Shown: positions 49,288 to 58,988, counted from the whole stretch's first letter. The stretch: 61,467 bases of DNA, filler included, from Actinomycetota bacterium (GCA_013152275.1; 6 parts of 6 records of this genome joined end to end with filler, not necessarily neighbours in it); one strand, 5' to 3'. Notes: generated by a model not told the origin, from the letters alone. Translations and numbers: made by a program.

Positions 49288-49491
49288 TCAGGCCGGACGG
49301 AATCCCCGGTTGCGGGCCTCGGGCGGCTCATCCGGGCCGAACGACGACAGTAGCTTGCGGTCCAAGAGATCCTCGGCCTCGACACGGCCCTGCAGCAGCG
49401 CGAACTGCTCGTCGTCGTCGCAGTCGTAGAACACCATCGTGTCCCGGATCCCGATGTACCTGTTGTTCTCGAAACGTTGCAGCCTGGCCAT
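49288..49491 (-). CDS. Small hypothetical protein
   Basis: GGAG RBS; MARLQRFENNRYIGIRDTMVFYDCDD...EARNRGFRPA; directly follows the upstream gene. Confidence 0.7.
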   Translation of the reverse strand: MARLQRFENNRYIGIRDTMVFYDCDDDEQFALLQGRVEAEDLLDRKLLSSFGPDEPPEARNRGFRPA

Positions 49492-49499
49492 GACCACTC

Positions 49500-49955
49500 C
49501 TATCCGAACGGGCCTTGCGGAGTCGTTTCCTCACCGCGATCCCACTCTGCCCAGTCGAACCACTCGGCCAGTTCACTCTCGTCGGGCGGCTCGGCGACGA
49601 GATCCGCGTCGTCATCGTCGATGTAGGTCACATGCTCGATCCCGTCGTCCTCGATCGTCAACGCGAGGAACCCGACCGAGCGAAACTTGCCTCCCTCGTC
49701 CGGAAGCCACAAGGCGATCACACAGTCGTCGTTGCACTCCCCCCGGGACGCGACCAGACGCGGATAGCGCAGCCAAAGGTCGCTCAGGCCTTGCAGGGCC
49801 GCCTCGACTCCCACACCATCGAAAACATCGGAGGTGATCTCTTCTCCGAGCAGCTCCCCGACGCCGTCGAGGTCTCGCGCATTGAACACGTCGACCAGCG
49901 TGTCGCGATAGTTCTCGGCCTGCGGTTCCGATTCGAGATCAAAGACGTGTGCCAT
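49500..49955 (-). CDS. Hypothetical protein, possibly NTF2/SnoaL-like
   Basis: GGAGG RBS; VDVFNARDLDGVGELL N-terminal helix pattern. Confidence 0.65.
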   Translation of the reverse strand: MAHVFDLESEPQAENYRDTLVDVFNARDLDGVGELLGEEITSDVFDGVGVEAALQGLSDLWLRYPRLVASRGECNDDCVIALWLPDEGGKFRSVGFLALTIEDDGIEHVTYIDDDDADLVAEPPDESELAEWFDWAEWDRGEETTPQGPFG

Positions 49956-50107
49956 GTGAACCTCCGCTCGTGAACCACCGAACCGGTTCCCCGACTGAAA
50001 GCACCAACCCTGGCGGTGGCGCCGGCGAAAGCCTCCATGGCGGCACGGTCGACGGGGCGACGGAGAGCCACCCTGCCATCACCGCGCGGACGGCTATACG
50101 CCGCAGA

Positions 50108-51751
50108 TCAGATACGAACCGACTCACGGTATGACCCAAACACTTTCTTCATCGCCTCGACGATCTCGCCCTCGGTCGCCCGAACACGAGCAGCGTCGAC
50201 CATCAGTTCCATCAGATTGGCATCACCCCTTGCGCCTTCCTCGAGCGCCTTCAACGCCGCATCGACGGCCTCGGAATCTCTCCTGGACCGTAACGCCCGG
50301 ACTGCCTCGCACTGGTTCTTCTCGACCTCTTCGGGGATGACGAGCGTCTCGAGCGGCGTCTCGACGTCGTCGACGTACTTGTTCACTCCGACGATCGACC
50401 GCTCGCCGGTCCCGACGGCCTTCTCGAACTCATAGGCCGAGTCGGCGAGCGCGCCCTGGAAGAAGTTCTCCTCGATGCCGCGCAGCGTCCCGTCGAGAAT
50501 CGACCCGTCCCCCATCGCGAGGACCTTCTGCAAGATCTCCTCCGCCCTTGCCTCGACCCTGTCGGTCATCTCCTCCACGAACCACGAACCACCCAGCGGA
50601 TCGATCGTGTTCGCCACCCCGGTCTCCTCGGCGATGACCTGCTGGGTGCGCAGTGCGATCTCCGCGGCCCGTTCGGTCGGCAGCGCATACACCTCGTCGA
50701 GAGCGTTGGTGTGCAGACTCTGGGTACCGCCGAGCACCGCCGCGAGCGCTTCGATCGCGGTTCGGACCACGTTGTTGTCCGGCTGCTGAGCAGTCAAGGA
50801 CACACCGGCGGTCTGGGTGTGAAAACGTAGTTTGAGGGAGCGCTCGTCGGTCGTCCCGTACTTGTCGCGCATCCACCTGGCCCAGATGCGGCGTGCCGCC
50901 CTGAACTTGGCGATCTCTTCGAAGAAGTCGAGGTGGGCGTCGAAGAAGAACGACAGGCGCGGAGCGAAGTCGGGAATCTTCAGGCCCCGACGCAGGCACG
51001 CCTCCACGTACGCGAACCCGTCGCCGAGCGTGAACGCGAGCTCCTGGGCGGCGGTGGCTCCCGCCTCGCGGATGTGATAGCCGGAGATGGAGATCGTGTT
51101 CCACTGGGGCACTTCCCTGGTGCAGAACTCGATCATGTCGACGATGATCCGCATGTGCGGCGCCGGAGGGTAGATCCATTCCTTCTGGGCGATGTACTCC
51201 TTCAAGATGTCGTTCTGCAGGGTGCCGCGAACATCACGCCACGCGACGCCCTGCTCTTCGGCAGCCACGAGGAAGAGTGCGAAGAGCACCTCGGCGGGAC
51301 CGTTGATCGTCATCGACACGGAGACGTCTCCGAGAGGGATCCCTTCGAACAGGGTCTTCATGTCGTCGGCAGAGTCGACTGCGACACCGCAGTTGCCGAC
51401 CTCGCCGACCGACCTGGGATCGTCCGAGTCGATTCCCATGAGTGTCGGCATGTCGAACGCGACCGAAAGCCCGTTCTGGCCTTTCGCCAGCAGTGACCGG
51501 AACCGCTCGTTGGTCTCCTTGACGCCTGCGAACCCTGCGAACTGGCGTGTCGTCCACAGTCGCCCCCGGTACCCGGTCGCGTGAATGCCCCGCGTGTACG
51601 GAAACTGCCCGGGATAGCCGATGCGGGGATCGGGGTCGCCGTCGGCGGGAAGTCCGAGCGCCGGGACCTCTTCGAACGAGATGGTCTCAAAGCGCTTGCG
51701 GCGCTCGCGCCCCGCCGCGTACTCCTGCTCCCATCGCTCCCGGGCGCTCAC
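50108..51751 (-). CDS. icmA: B12-dependent acyl-CoA mutase large subunit, isobutyryl-CoA mutase type
   Basis: [45 protein letters not shown]; no fused B12-binding domain. Confidence 0.75.
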   Translation of the reverse strand: MSARERWEQEYAAGRERRKRFETISFEEVPALGLPADGDPDPRIGYPGQFPYTRGIHATGYRGRLWTTRQFAGFAGVKETNERFRSLLAKGQNGLSVAFDMPTLMGIDSDDPRSVGEVGNCGVAVDSADDMKTLFEGIPLGDVSVSMTINGPAEVLFALFLVAAEEQGVAWRDVRGTLQNDILKEYIAQKEWIYPPAPHMRIIVDMIEFCTREVPQWNTISISGYHIREAGATAAQELAFTLGDGFAYVEACLRRGLKIPDFAPRLSFFFDAHLDFFEEIAKFRAARRIWARWMRDKYGTTDERSLKLRFHTQTAGVSLTAQQPDNNVVRTAIEALAAVLGGTQSLHTNALDEVYALPTERAAEIALRTQQVIAEETGVANTIDPLGGSWFVEEMTDRVEARAEEILQKVLAMGDGSILDGTLRGIEENFFQGALADSAYEFEKAVGTGERSIVGVNKYVDDVETPLETLVIPEEVEKNQCEAVRALRSRRDSEAVDAALKALEEGARGDANLMELMVDAARVRATEGEIVEAMKKVFGSYRESVRI

Positions 51752-52014
51752 GCATCACCTCCGGTCGAGACTTCGGCACCGCAGTTCGGACAGACCGCCA
51801 CTTCGATGTCCCCCACGATGAACGAGATGCCACAGTCGGGACACGTGCGTCGCGGAGAAGACGGCCCGGACTCCGGTGGCGACTTCTGCCGCAGCGCATC
51901 GAGGCCCGCAGTCTCGCGCACCTCGTTGACCGCCCCACACGCGGGACACGGATACCGTCCCGGCCCCTGCACCGCGAACTGTGTCTGGCAGCGTCCGCAT
52001 CGAACCTGTGTCAT
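51748..52014 (-). CDS. Double zinc-ribbon protein
   Basis: Four CxxC motifs; GAGGAG RBS; stop overlaps the mutase start. Confidence 0.75.
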   Translation of the reverse strand: MTQVRCGRCQTQFAVQGPGRYPCPACGAVNEVRETAGLDALRQKSPPESGPSSPRRTCPDCGISFIVGDIEVAVCPNCGAEVSTGGDA

Positions 52015-52202
52015 CGCTCACTCCTCATGGTCTCATGCTACCGAGTCTCGGGAACCGGGCACGACGCGGCGCCGCCGCTCTCGGTTTTCTGTCACGGGCA
52101 CGTTGCGCGGTCGGCCGCCTCGACGCCGTCGGGATCGTCACACGCCGTATCACCGCCCACGGCGCTACGATCGGTGGAGGCCGGCTCGGGAAGGATCGCC
52201 CG

Positions 52203-53126
52203 GTGGATTTCGCACTCATGACAGAACCGCAGATCGGTGGAACGTACGACGAGATCCTCGCCGCGGCACTGTGGGCCGAGCAGGCAGGCATGGTGTCGTT
52301 TGCCCGTTCCGACCACTACTACTCGAGTCGGGACCCCCGCCCCGACGCCACCGACGCGTTCGCGACCCTCGCCGGCCTCGCACGCGAGACGTCGCGCATC
52401 CGCCTGGCGGTGCTCGTATCTCCGATCACGTTCCGTCACCCGGCCGTGATCGCCAAGAACGCGGCGACGATCGACCAGATGTCCGCAGGCCGGTTCGATC
52501 TGGGCATCGGCACCGGATGGATGGAACTCGAACACGATGCGTTCGGGTTTCCGTTTCCTCCGTGGGCCGAACGATTCGAACGTCTCGAAGAGGCACTGGC
52601 GTACCTGGAAGCCGCCTTCGGACCCGGCCCGGGGACGCTGTCGGGTCGCTACTACGAACTCGATGCCGACGTCCGACCCAAACCGGCCGATCTGCGCATC
52701 ATCGTCGGAGGATCGGGAGCGCACCGCACACCGGCACTGGCCGGCGCCCACGCCGACGAGTACAACCACTTCATCGCATCTCCGGAGGAGATCGCCCCGA
52801 AGATCACCCGGATGCGCGAAGCGGCCACGGCGGCCGGCAGAGACCCCGACGCCGTCACCGTCAGCGTGATGGGTCCGGTGCTCACCGGCAAGGACGAGGC
52901 GAGCTACCGGCGCCGCCTCGAGAGTGCCGCCGCAGCCCGGGATCGGGACCCGGAGAACCTGGAACGGTCATGGTCGGACCACGGCATCCCCGTCGGCCCA
53001 CCGGCCCGGGTCAGGGAGGCGCTCGCAGCCCTCACCGAGATCGGTGTCACCAAGTTCTACGTCCAGCATCTCGACCTCGCCGACTTGAGCGGTCTCGACG
53101 AGACGCTGGAAGCGCTCGCCGGGTAG
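52203..53126 (+). CDS. LLM-class (probably F420-dependent) oxidoreductase
   Basis: RSDHY, LAGLARETSRIRL, FRHP, TIDQMSAGR..LGIGTGW...EH. Confidence 0.88.
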   Translation: MDFALMTEPQIGGTYDEILAAALWAEQAGMVSFARSDHYYSSRDPRPDATDAFATLAGLARETSRIRLAVLVSPITFRHPAVIAKNAATIDQMSAGRFDLGIGTGWMELEHDAFGFPFPPWAERFERLEEALAYLEAAFGPGPGTLSGRYYELDADVRPKPADLRIIVGGSGAHRTPALAGAHADEYNHFIASPEEIAPKITRMREAATAAGRDPDAVTVSVMGPVLTGKDEASYRRRLESAAAARDRDPENLERSWSDHGIPVGPPARVREALAALTEIGVTKFYVQHLDLADLSGLDETLEALAG

Positions 53127-53128
53127 AA

Positions 53129-53342
53129 CTTCCCGCTGAGGGGGAAGCAAAGAAAAGAACGACCCGCCCACCTCTTGCTTCCCCTAGCAGGGGAAGTGGC
53201 CTCGGGGCTTTGGCCGAGGCCGATGGGGTAGAGGATCTTGCTAGCAGGGGAAGTGGCCTCGGGGCTTTGGCCGAGGCCGATGGGGTAGAGAATCTTCCGA
53301 GCAGGGGAAGTGGCCTCGGGGCTTTGGCCGAGGCCGATGGGG
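53129..53342 (+). repeat. Tandem array of the palindromic repeat, 57-nt period
   Basis: 48-mer AGCAGGGGAAGTGGCCTCGGGGCTTTGGCCGAGGCCGATGGGGTAGAG at 53186, 53243 and 53300 (third copy cut by the gap), with 9-nt linkers GATCTTGCT and AATCTTCCG. Confidence 0.92.
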
Positions 53343-53442
53343 NNNNNNNNNNNNNNNNNNNNNNNNNNNNNNNNNNNNNNNNNNNNTTAATTAATTAANN
53401 NNNNNNNNNNNNNNNNNNNNNNNNNNNNNNNNNNNNNNNNNN
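53343..53442. other. Artificial scaffold linker
   Basis: N-run with TTAATTAATTAA. Confidence 0.97.
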
Positions 53443-53507
53443 CCCCTGAGGGGGAAGAAAGAAACGGGGATCTTGAAGTCGACCGTTCGCTGGGGCACGG
53501 TGGGCCC

Positions 53508-53882
53508 ATGGACCTCCCGCCGCGCCACCCGCTCGCCATCCAGCGGGCCCGCAGACTCCGCCGCGACATGACCGATGCCGAACGCGTCCTCTGGTGGCAC
53601 CTGTCGCACGGGGGCCTGGGAACCAGGTGGCGGCGACAAGCACCCATCGGCCGCTACATCGTGGACTTCCTCACGTACGGGCATCGCCTGATCGTCGAAC
53701 TCGACGGTTCCCAGCATGCGAACAGCAGCTATGACCGTGAACGAGACTCCTACCTTCGCGACCTTGGGTTTCGGGTCCTCCGTTTCTGGAACGAGGAGGT
53801 CTTCGAGGAAGTCGATGTCGTTCTCGACGCGATCCTCGCAGTGATGCAAGGTGATCTCAACGAGTGGGAAGGTCACATCTGA
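53508..53882 (+). CDS. DUF559 (Vsr-like) endonuclease
   Basis: ARRLRRDMTDAERVLW, RRQAPIGRYIVDF, IVELDGSQH, RD..L...GFRVLRFWN. Confidence 0.92.
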   Translation: MDLPPRHPLAIQRARRLRRDMTDAERVLWWHLSHGGLGTRWRRQAPIGRYIVDFLTYGHRLIVELDGSQHANSSYDRERDSYLRDLGFRVLRFWNEEVFEEVDVVLDAILAVMQGDLNEWEGHI

Positions 53883-53888
53883 CCCCTC

Positions 53889-53953
53889 TTCTTGCTTCCC
53901 CTGGCAGGGGAAGTGGCCGAGGCGAGGAACGAGCCGAGGTCGATGGGGTAGAG
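53889..53953 (+). repeat. Palindromic repeat unit directly after DUF559
   Basis: TTCTTGCTTCCCCTGGCAGGGGAAGTGGCCGAGGCGAGGAACGAGCCGAGGTCGATGGGGTAGAG; a partial unit CCCCTGAGGGGGAAG at 53443 precedes the gene. Confidence 0.88.
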
Positions 53954-54059
53954 CCGCCTCCCCGCCCTCAAGGAATCTGCCCTCTTGTCCGATGGTCTTC
54001 CCACGAGGCACGTGCTCCCCTACAATCGCACGCGTTCCCCCGCTATCGAAGGAATACTC

Positions 54060-55143
54060 TTGCGCACACGCATCCTCATCGTCGCTCTTGCCCTGATCGC
54101 CACTGCGTGTGCGAGTGGCGCGGCGCAGACCACCACGACCAGCACGACCACCCCGACGACGGCGCCGACGACCACGACGCTGCCTGCCGAGCCGGTCCTC
54201 TACACCTACTCCTACGCGGCGGGCGACTCCCACACCTACGACATCGATCTCGACCAGCACATCACGATGGACACGACCGTCGAAGGCGATCTGGGCCTGC
54301 TCGGTACCCAGGACAGCCCGAGCAGCGTCGACGTGCGCACCAACATCGCCGGTTCGCTCACCTACGACATCTCCGAGGGGCCCGAGCCGGACACGACGGC
54401 GCTGCACATCACGGGCGTCTTCGACGAGCTCGCTGTCGAGGGCACGATCGACGGTGTACCCGCATCGAGCCATGATCTCGACGACGGCACGGTCCCGAAC
54501 CTCATCGACGCCCGACACGACCATCATCCTCGACCAGTACGGCCATCCCGTCACGGTCAACGACGAGCCGCTCCCCGACGACATGCCGTTCTTCGGCGAC
54601 CCGTTCACGATGATCGGCAGTCTCACCTCGGGTGTGCTCGACAAGCCGTTCGGCCCGGCGTTCCCGGACCGCCCCCTCGCCCTCGGTGACACCTGGACCG
54701 ACGAGCAGTCCAAGTACCTCGCCGACGCAGACCAGACGGTCGTCAGCACGATCACCTACACGGTCACCGGCTTCGACACGATCGAAGGCTACGACGTCGC
54801 GTTGATCGAGTTCACCTCCGAAGCGTCCGGGATCGACATCGACCTCGGCGAGATGTTCCAGGCCCTGCTCGAAGGGTTCTCTTCGATGGCCGAAGAAGAG
54901 AACACCTCGATCGACGTCCCGACGATCGACTTCGTGATCTCGGTCGGCGAAAGTTCGGCGTTGGGCACCTACTGGTTCGATCAGGAAGCCGGCCTCGTCC
55001 GTCAGGTCGAGCAAACCTACACGGTCCCGCTGACGATGAACATGGCGATCGACTCCTCGGAGGGGACGGGTTCGACCACCATGCAGATGAACGTCGAATC
55101 GACGGTGCGAGCGTCCCTCGCCGAGCCGGGCACGCCGAGCTGA
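54060..55143 (+). pseudogene. Lipoprotein, frameshifted near 54510 (or sequencing error)
   Basis: Lipobox IATAC and Thr-rich linker in one frame; the acidic beta-rich continuation PDTTIILDQYG... in another. Confidence 0.7.
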
Positions 55144-55240
55144 GACTCCCCGGCCCGGCCGGCCGACTCCGAGCGCCCGCTACCATGGCCCCCGAACCGT
55201 ATTTTCCACTACGCGCATAGGGCTAAGTAGGCTGAGGGTC

Positions 55241-55996
55241 ATGTCCGACCAACCCCTCCTTCAGATCGAGAACCTGCACGCCGGCATCGACGGCACCGAG
55301 ATCCTCAAGGGCGTCGACCTGACGGTCGAGCGCGGCGAGATCCATGCGCTCATGGGCCCGAACGGCTCGGGCAAGTCGACGCTCGCCAACGTGCTCATGG
55401 GCAACACGGTCTACACCGTGACCGAAGGTCGCATCCTCTTCAAGGGAGAGGACATCACCGATCTCAGCCCCGACAAGCGGGCGCTCCTCGGCATGTTTCT
55501 CGCCTTCCAGTACCCCGAGGAGATCCCCGGCGTCACGCTGGTGAACTTCCTGCGGACCGCCCTGTCGAACCGCAAGGGCATCGACTACACGATCCTGGAG
55601 ATGCGCCTCGCGCTGACCGACGCGATGCGTGACCTGGGCATGGACGTCTCGTTCGCGGACCGATACCTCAACGAGGGTTTCTCCGGCGGGGAGCGAAAAC
55701 GCAACGAGCTGCTCCAGATGACCCTGCTCGAACCGGAGCTGGCGATCATGGACGAGACCGACTCCGGGCTCGACATCGACGCCCTCAAGATCGTCGCCGA
55801 AGGGGCGAGCCGCCTGGCGACCCCCGAACGTGGCTTTCTGATCATCACCCACTATCAGCGCCTCCTCGACTACATCACTCCGCATTTCGTCCATATCTTC
55901 TCCGACGGTCGCGTGATCACCTCCGGCGGACCGGACCTGGCGAAACTGCTCGAGGAACGCGGCTATGAGGGCTTCGTCGCCGAGGCCGCGGTGTGA
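55241..55996 (+). CDS. sufC: Fe-S assembly ATPase
   Basis: MGPNGSGKST, FQYP, NEGFSGGE, DETDSGLDIDA, ITHYQR. Confidence 0.95.
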   Translation: MSDQPLLQIENLHAGIDGTEILKGVDLTVERGEIHALMGPNGSGKSTLANVLMGNTVYTVTEGRILFKGEDITDLSPDKRALLGMFLAFQYPEEIPGVTLVNFLRTALSNRKGIDYTILEMRLALTDAMRDLGMDVSFADRYLNEGFSGGERKRNELLQMTLLEPELAIMDETDSGLDIDALKIVAEGASRLATPERGFLIITHYQRLLDYITPHFVHIFSDGRVITSGGPDLAKLLEERGYEGFVAEAAV

Positions 55997-57225
55997 ACGT
56001 GGACCTCTCGCACGTTCGCGACGACTTCCCGATCTTGTCGCGTCTGATTCACGGCAAGCCGCTCGTGTATCTCGACTCTGCGGCGTCGAGCCAGAAACCG
56101 ATCCAGGTCCTCGATGCCATGGACGACGTGTACCGCAACCACTATGCCAACGTGCACCGTGGCGCCTACACGCTCTCCGAGGAGTCCACGGCCGCCTATG
56201 AAGCGGCCAGGGCGACCGCGGCACGCTTCATCCATGCCGGCTCCCCGAACGAGGTCGCCTTCGTACGTGGCGCCACGTCGGGTCTCAACGCCGTCGCGTA
56301 CGGCTGGGGTCTGAACCATCTCGAGGCCGGCGACAAGATCCTGCTGACGCTGATGGAGCATCACGCCAACGTCGTGCCGTGGCAGCTCCTCACCCGCTAC
56401 ACGGGCGCCAAACTCGTCTACGCGCCGTTCACCGAGGACTACCGGCTCGACGTGGACGCGCTGGTCCGGCTCCTCGACGACGGCGTGAAGGTCGTCGCCC
56501 TCACCGCCATGTCGAACGTGCTCGGCACGATCCCGCCGGTCGCCGCGATCGCTGCGCTCGCCAGAGAGCGAGGCGCCCTCGTGGTGGTCGACGCCGCCCA
56601 GCTCGTCCCGCACTCCCCCGTCGACGTGGCGGCCCTCGACGCGGACTTCGTCGCGTTCTCGGGGCACAAGATGCTCGGGCCGACCGGCATCGGCGTCCTG
56701 TGGGGTCGCATGGATCGATTCGAGGAGATGGAACCGCTCGAGGGTGGCGGCGAGATGATCGAAGATGTGCAACTGGAATCCTCGACGTGGGCGCCGATCC
56801 CCCACCGTTTCGAGGCGGGGACCCCACCGTTCGTCGAAGCGGTCGGTCTTGCGGCGGCGATCGACTACCTGGAGGCGATCGGGATGGAGACGGTCGCCGC
56901 CCACGACAAGGAGCTGACCGCCTACGCGCTCGCCCGTCTCGGCGAAATCGACGGACTGAGGATCTACGGACCGCCGAACACCGACCAGCGGGGCGGGGTC
57001 GTCAGTTTCACGATGGAGGGCATCCACCCGCACGACATCGCGACGATCCTCGACGGGGACGGGATCGCCATCCGTGCCGGCCACCACTGCGCCCGCCCTC
57101 TGGCACGCTCGATCGGCGCGCCCTCCACGGCACGGGCCTCCTTCTACGTCTACAACCGGCCGAGCGACGTCGATGCCCTCGTCGACGGTCTGCACCATGC
57201 AAAGGAGATCTTCGGTGTCGCTTGA
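55993..57225 (+). CDS. sufS: Cysteine desulfurase
   Basis: YLDSAASSQKP, EHHAN, SGHKM, RAGHHCA. Confidence 0.95.
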   Translation: MNVDLSHVRDDFPILSRLIHGKPLVYLDSAASSQKPIQVLDAMDDVYRNHYANVHRGAYTLSEESTAAYEAARATAARFIHAGSPNEVAFVRGATSGLNAVAYGWGLNHLEAGDKILLTLMEHHANVVPWQLLTRYTGAKLVYAPFTEDYRLDVDALVRLLDDGVKVVALTAMSNVLGTIPPVAAIAALARERGALVVVDAAQLVPHSPVDVAALDADFVAFSGHKMLGPTGIGVLWGRMDRFEEMEPLEGGGEMIEDVQLESSTWAPIPHRFEAGTPPFVEAVGLAAAIDYLEAIGMETVAAHDKELTAYALARLGEIDGLRIYGPPNTDQRGGVVSFTMEGIHPHDIATILDGDGIAIRAGHHCARPLARSIGAPSTARASFYVYNRPSDVDALVDGLHHAKEIFGVA

Positions 57226-57718
57226 GGACCTCTACCGCCAGGTCATCCTCGACCACTATCGCAGCCCGCGTAACCGCGGGAGGATCGAGCACTGCGACGC
57301 GCACGGCGAAGGCCACAACCCGCTGTGCGGCGACGATATCTCCCTCGATCTCACCATCACCGACGACACGATCACCGGCGTCGCCATCACCGGCCAGGGC
57401 TGTTCGATCAGCCAGGCATCCGCGTCGATGATGTCCGAGGCGATCAACGGCAAGACGATCCCCGAGGTCGAAGCTCTGATCCGCCGGTTCAAGGCGATGA
57501 TGGACATCGAGCAGGGCGACGCCGGCCTCGACCCCGACCGGCCCGGCGCGGCCCTCGGCGACCTCGAGGCACTCCAGGGCGTGCGCAAGTTCCCGGTGCG
57601 GATCAAGTGCGCGGGCCTCGCCTGGACGACCCTCGAACAGGCGCTCGCAGACCGCAAGGACCCTACGCTCGCAGAGGAAGCCCCCGAGGCGAACAACGAA
57701 CCGAAGGAAACGGGGTAG
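57215..57718 (+). CDS. sufU: SUF NifU-like protein
   Basis: LYRQVILDHY, NPLCGD, GCSISQAS, RIKCA. Confidence 0.93.
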   Translation: MSLEDLYRQVILDHYRSPRNRGRIEHCDAHGEGHNPLCGDDISLDLTITDDTITGVAITGQGCSISQASASMMSEAINGKTIPEVEALIRRFKAMMDIEQGDAGLDPDRPGAALGDLEALQGVRKFPVRIKCAGLAWTTLEQALADRKDPTLAEEAPEANNEPKETG

Positions 57719-57911
57719 AGCCTCCCCCGCACGGCCGCGAGAACACCCCCATCGCCTCGAAGACTCGGCACTTCCCCCTGAAGGGGGAAGCAAAGAGTCG
57801 CTCACTTCATGCTTCCCCAAGCAGGGGAAGTGGCCGAGGTCGATGGGGTAGAGCCTCCCCCCGCGGGAACACCCCCATCGCCTCGAAGACTCGGCACTTC
57901 CCCCTGAAGGG
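57711..57911. repeat. Cluster of palindromic repeat units in alternating orientation
   Basis: GGGGTAGAGCCTCCCCC, then inverted ACCCCCATCGCCTCGAAGACTCGGCACTTCCCCCTGAAGGGGGAAG, then forward CTTCCCCAAGCAGGGGAAGTGGCCGAGGTCGATGGGGTAGAG, then the inverted unit again. Confidence 0.88.
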
Positions 57912-58011
57912 NNNNNNNNNNNNNNNNNNNNNNNNNNNNNNNNNNNNNNNNNNNNTTAATTAATTAANNNNNNNNNNNNNNNNNNNNNNNNNNNNNNNNN
58001 NNNNNNNNNNN
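57912..58011. other. Artificial scaffold linker
   Basis: N-run with TTAATTAATTAA. Confidence 0.97.
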
Positions 58012-58012
58012 G

Positions 58013-58918
58013 GCGTTGCGCAATTGGGCGCGCCTGCAGGATGACTACGACGCGATCTACTGTGTCGTCGATCTGCATGCCATCACGGTCGACTACGACC
58101 CGAAGGAATTCCGACAGACCCGCCTCAACACGGCGAAACTGCTCATGGCCGTCGGCATCGACCCGGAGCGGTCATTGCTCTACTACCAGAGCCAGGTGCG
58201 CGAGCACGTCGAGCTCGCATGGCTGCTGGCGACGATCACCTCGCTGGGTCAGCTCAACCGGATGACGCAGTTCAAGGAGAAGGCCGACAAGGGCGGCGAG
58301 AACCTTGGCCTGTACGCGTATCCGGTATTGATGGCGAGCGACATCCTGATTCACAAGGCCCACTACGTTCCCGTGGGGGAGGATCAGACGCAGCATCTGG
58401 AGGTGACCCGAGACCTGGCACAGCGGTTCAACACCCGTTTCGGTGAGGAGTTCCCGATCCCCGAGCAGATCACGCCGGAGATCGGTGCCAGAGTGATGTC
58501 GCTGAAGGATCCGACGGCGAAGATGTCCAAATCGGCTCCAGATGCGAGCTCGAGGATTCACATCATCGATCCACCCGACGTGATCCGAAAGAAGTTCAAG
58601 ACGGCCGTCACCGATTCAGGCCACGAGATCGAGTACGACACGCTGAAGAAGCCGGGCGTCTCCAACCTGCTCGACATCCTAGCGCTGTTCACCGGCCGCA
58701 CGATCGACGATCTCGTCGCTCAGCACCACGACATGCCCTACGGGTACTTCAAAGAGGTCGTCGCCGAGGCGGTGGTCGAAGGGCTCTCTCCCGTCCGTGA
58801 AGCGTACGAGGCGCTCGACGATGGTGAAGTGGATGTCATCATGCGCCGCGGGATGATCGTCGCCCGCGAGCGGGCCGAGAACGAGATGGCCTCGGTCCGG
58901 GCCAAGATGGGATTCTGA
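58013..58918 (+). CDS. trpS: Tryptophanyl-tRNA synthetase, 5' end cut by gap
   Basis: VDLHAIT, RMTQFKEK, YPVLMASDIL, VPVGEDQ, KMSKS; the HIGH motif falls in the gap. Confidence 0.95.
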   Translation, partial: ALRNWARLQDDYDAIYCVVDLHAITVDYDPKEFRQTRLNTAKLLMAVGIDPERSLLYYQSQVREHVELAWLLATITSLGQLNRMTQFKEKADKGGENLGLYAYPVLMASDILIHKAHYVPVGEDQTQHLEVTRDLAQRFNTRFGEEFPIPEQITPEIGARVMSLKDPTAKMSKSAPDASSRIHIIDPPDVIRKKFKTAVTDSGHEIEYDTLKKPGVSNLLDILALFTGRTIDDLVAQHHDMPYGYFKEVVAEAVVEGLSPVREAYEALDDGEVDVIMRRGMIVARERAENEMASVRAKMGF

Positions 58919-58988
58919 GATCCAGTTTGCCGGAAGTCGGTTTCCAGCCAAGGGATCACGTCCGCCTGGGGTTGCCGGCAGCCGGCGC

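Noticed and set aside
49958..50107. Cobalamin riboswitch near the B12 mutase
   Set aside because: No B12-box or GGGAA-x-GGTG core found, and it lies downstream of the mutase.
53186..53342. CRISPR array
   Set aside because: Linkers are only 9 nt and similar to each other, the unit is dispersed elsewhere in both orientations, and no cas genes are present.
21726..58011. Five identical TTAATTAATTAA motifs within N-runs
   Set aside because: Artificial six-frame-stop scaffold linkers, not biology; ORFs crossing them and adjacency across them are unreliable.
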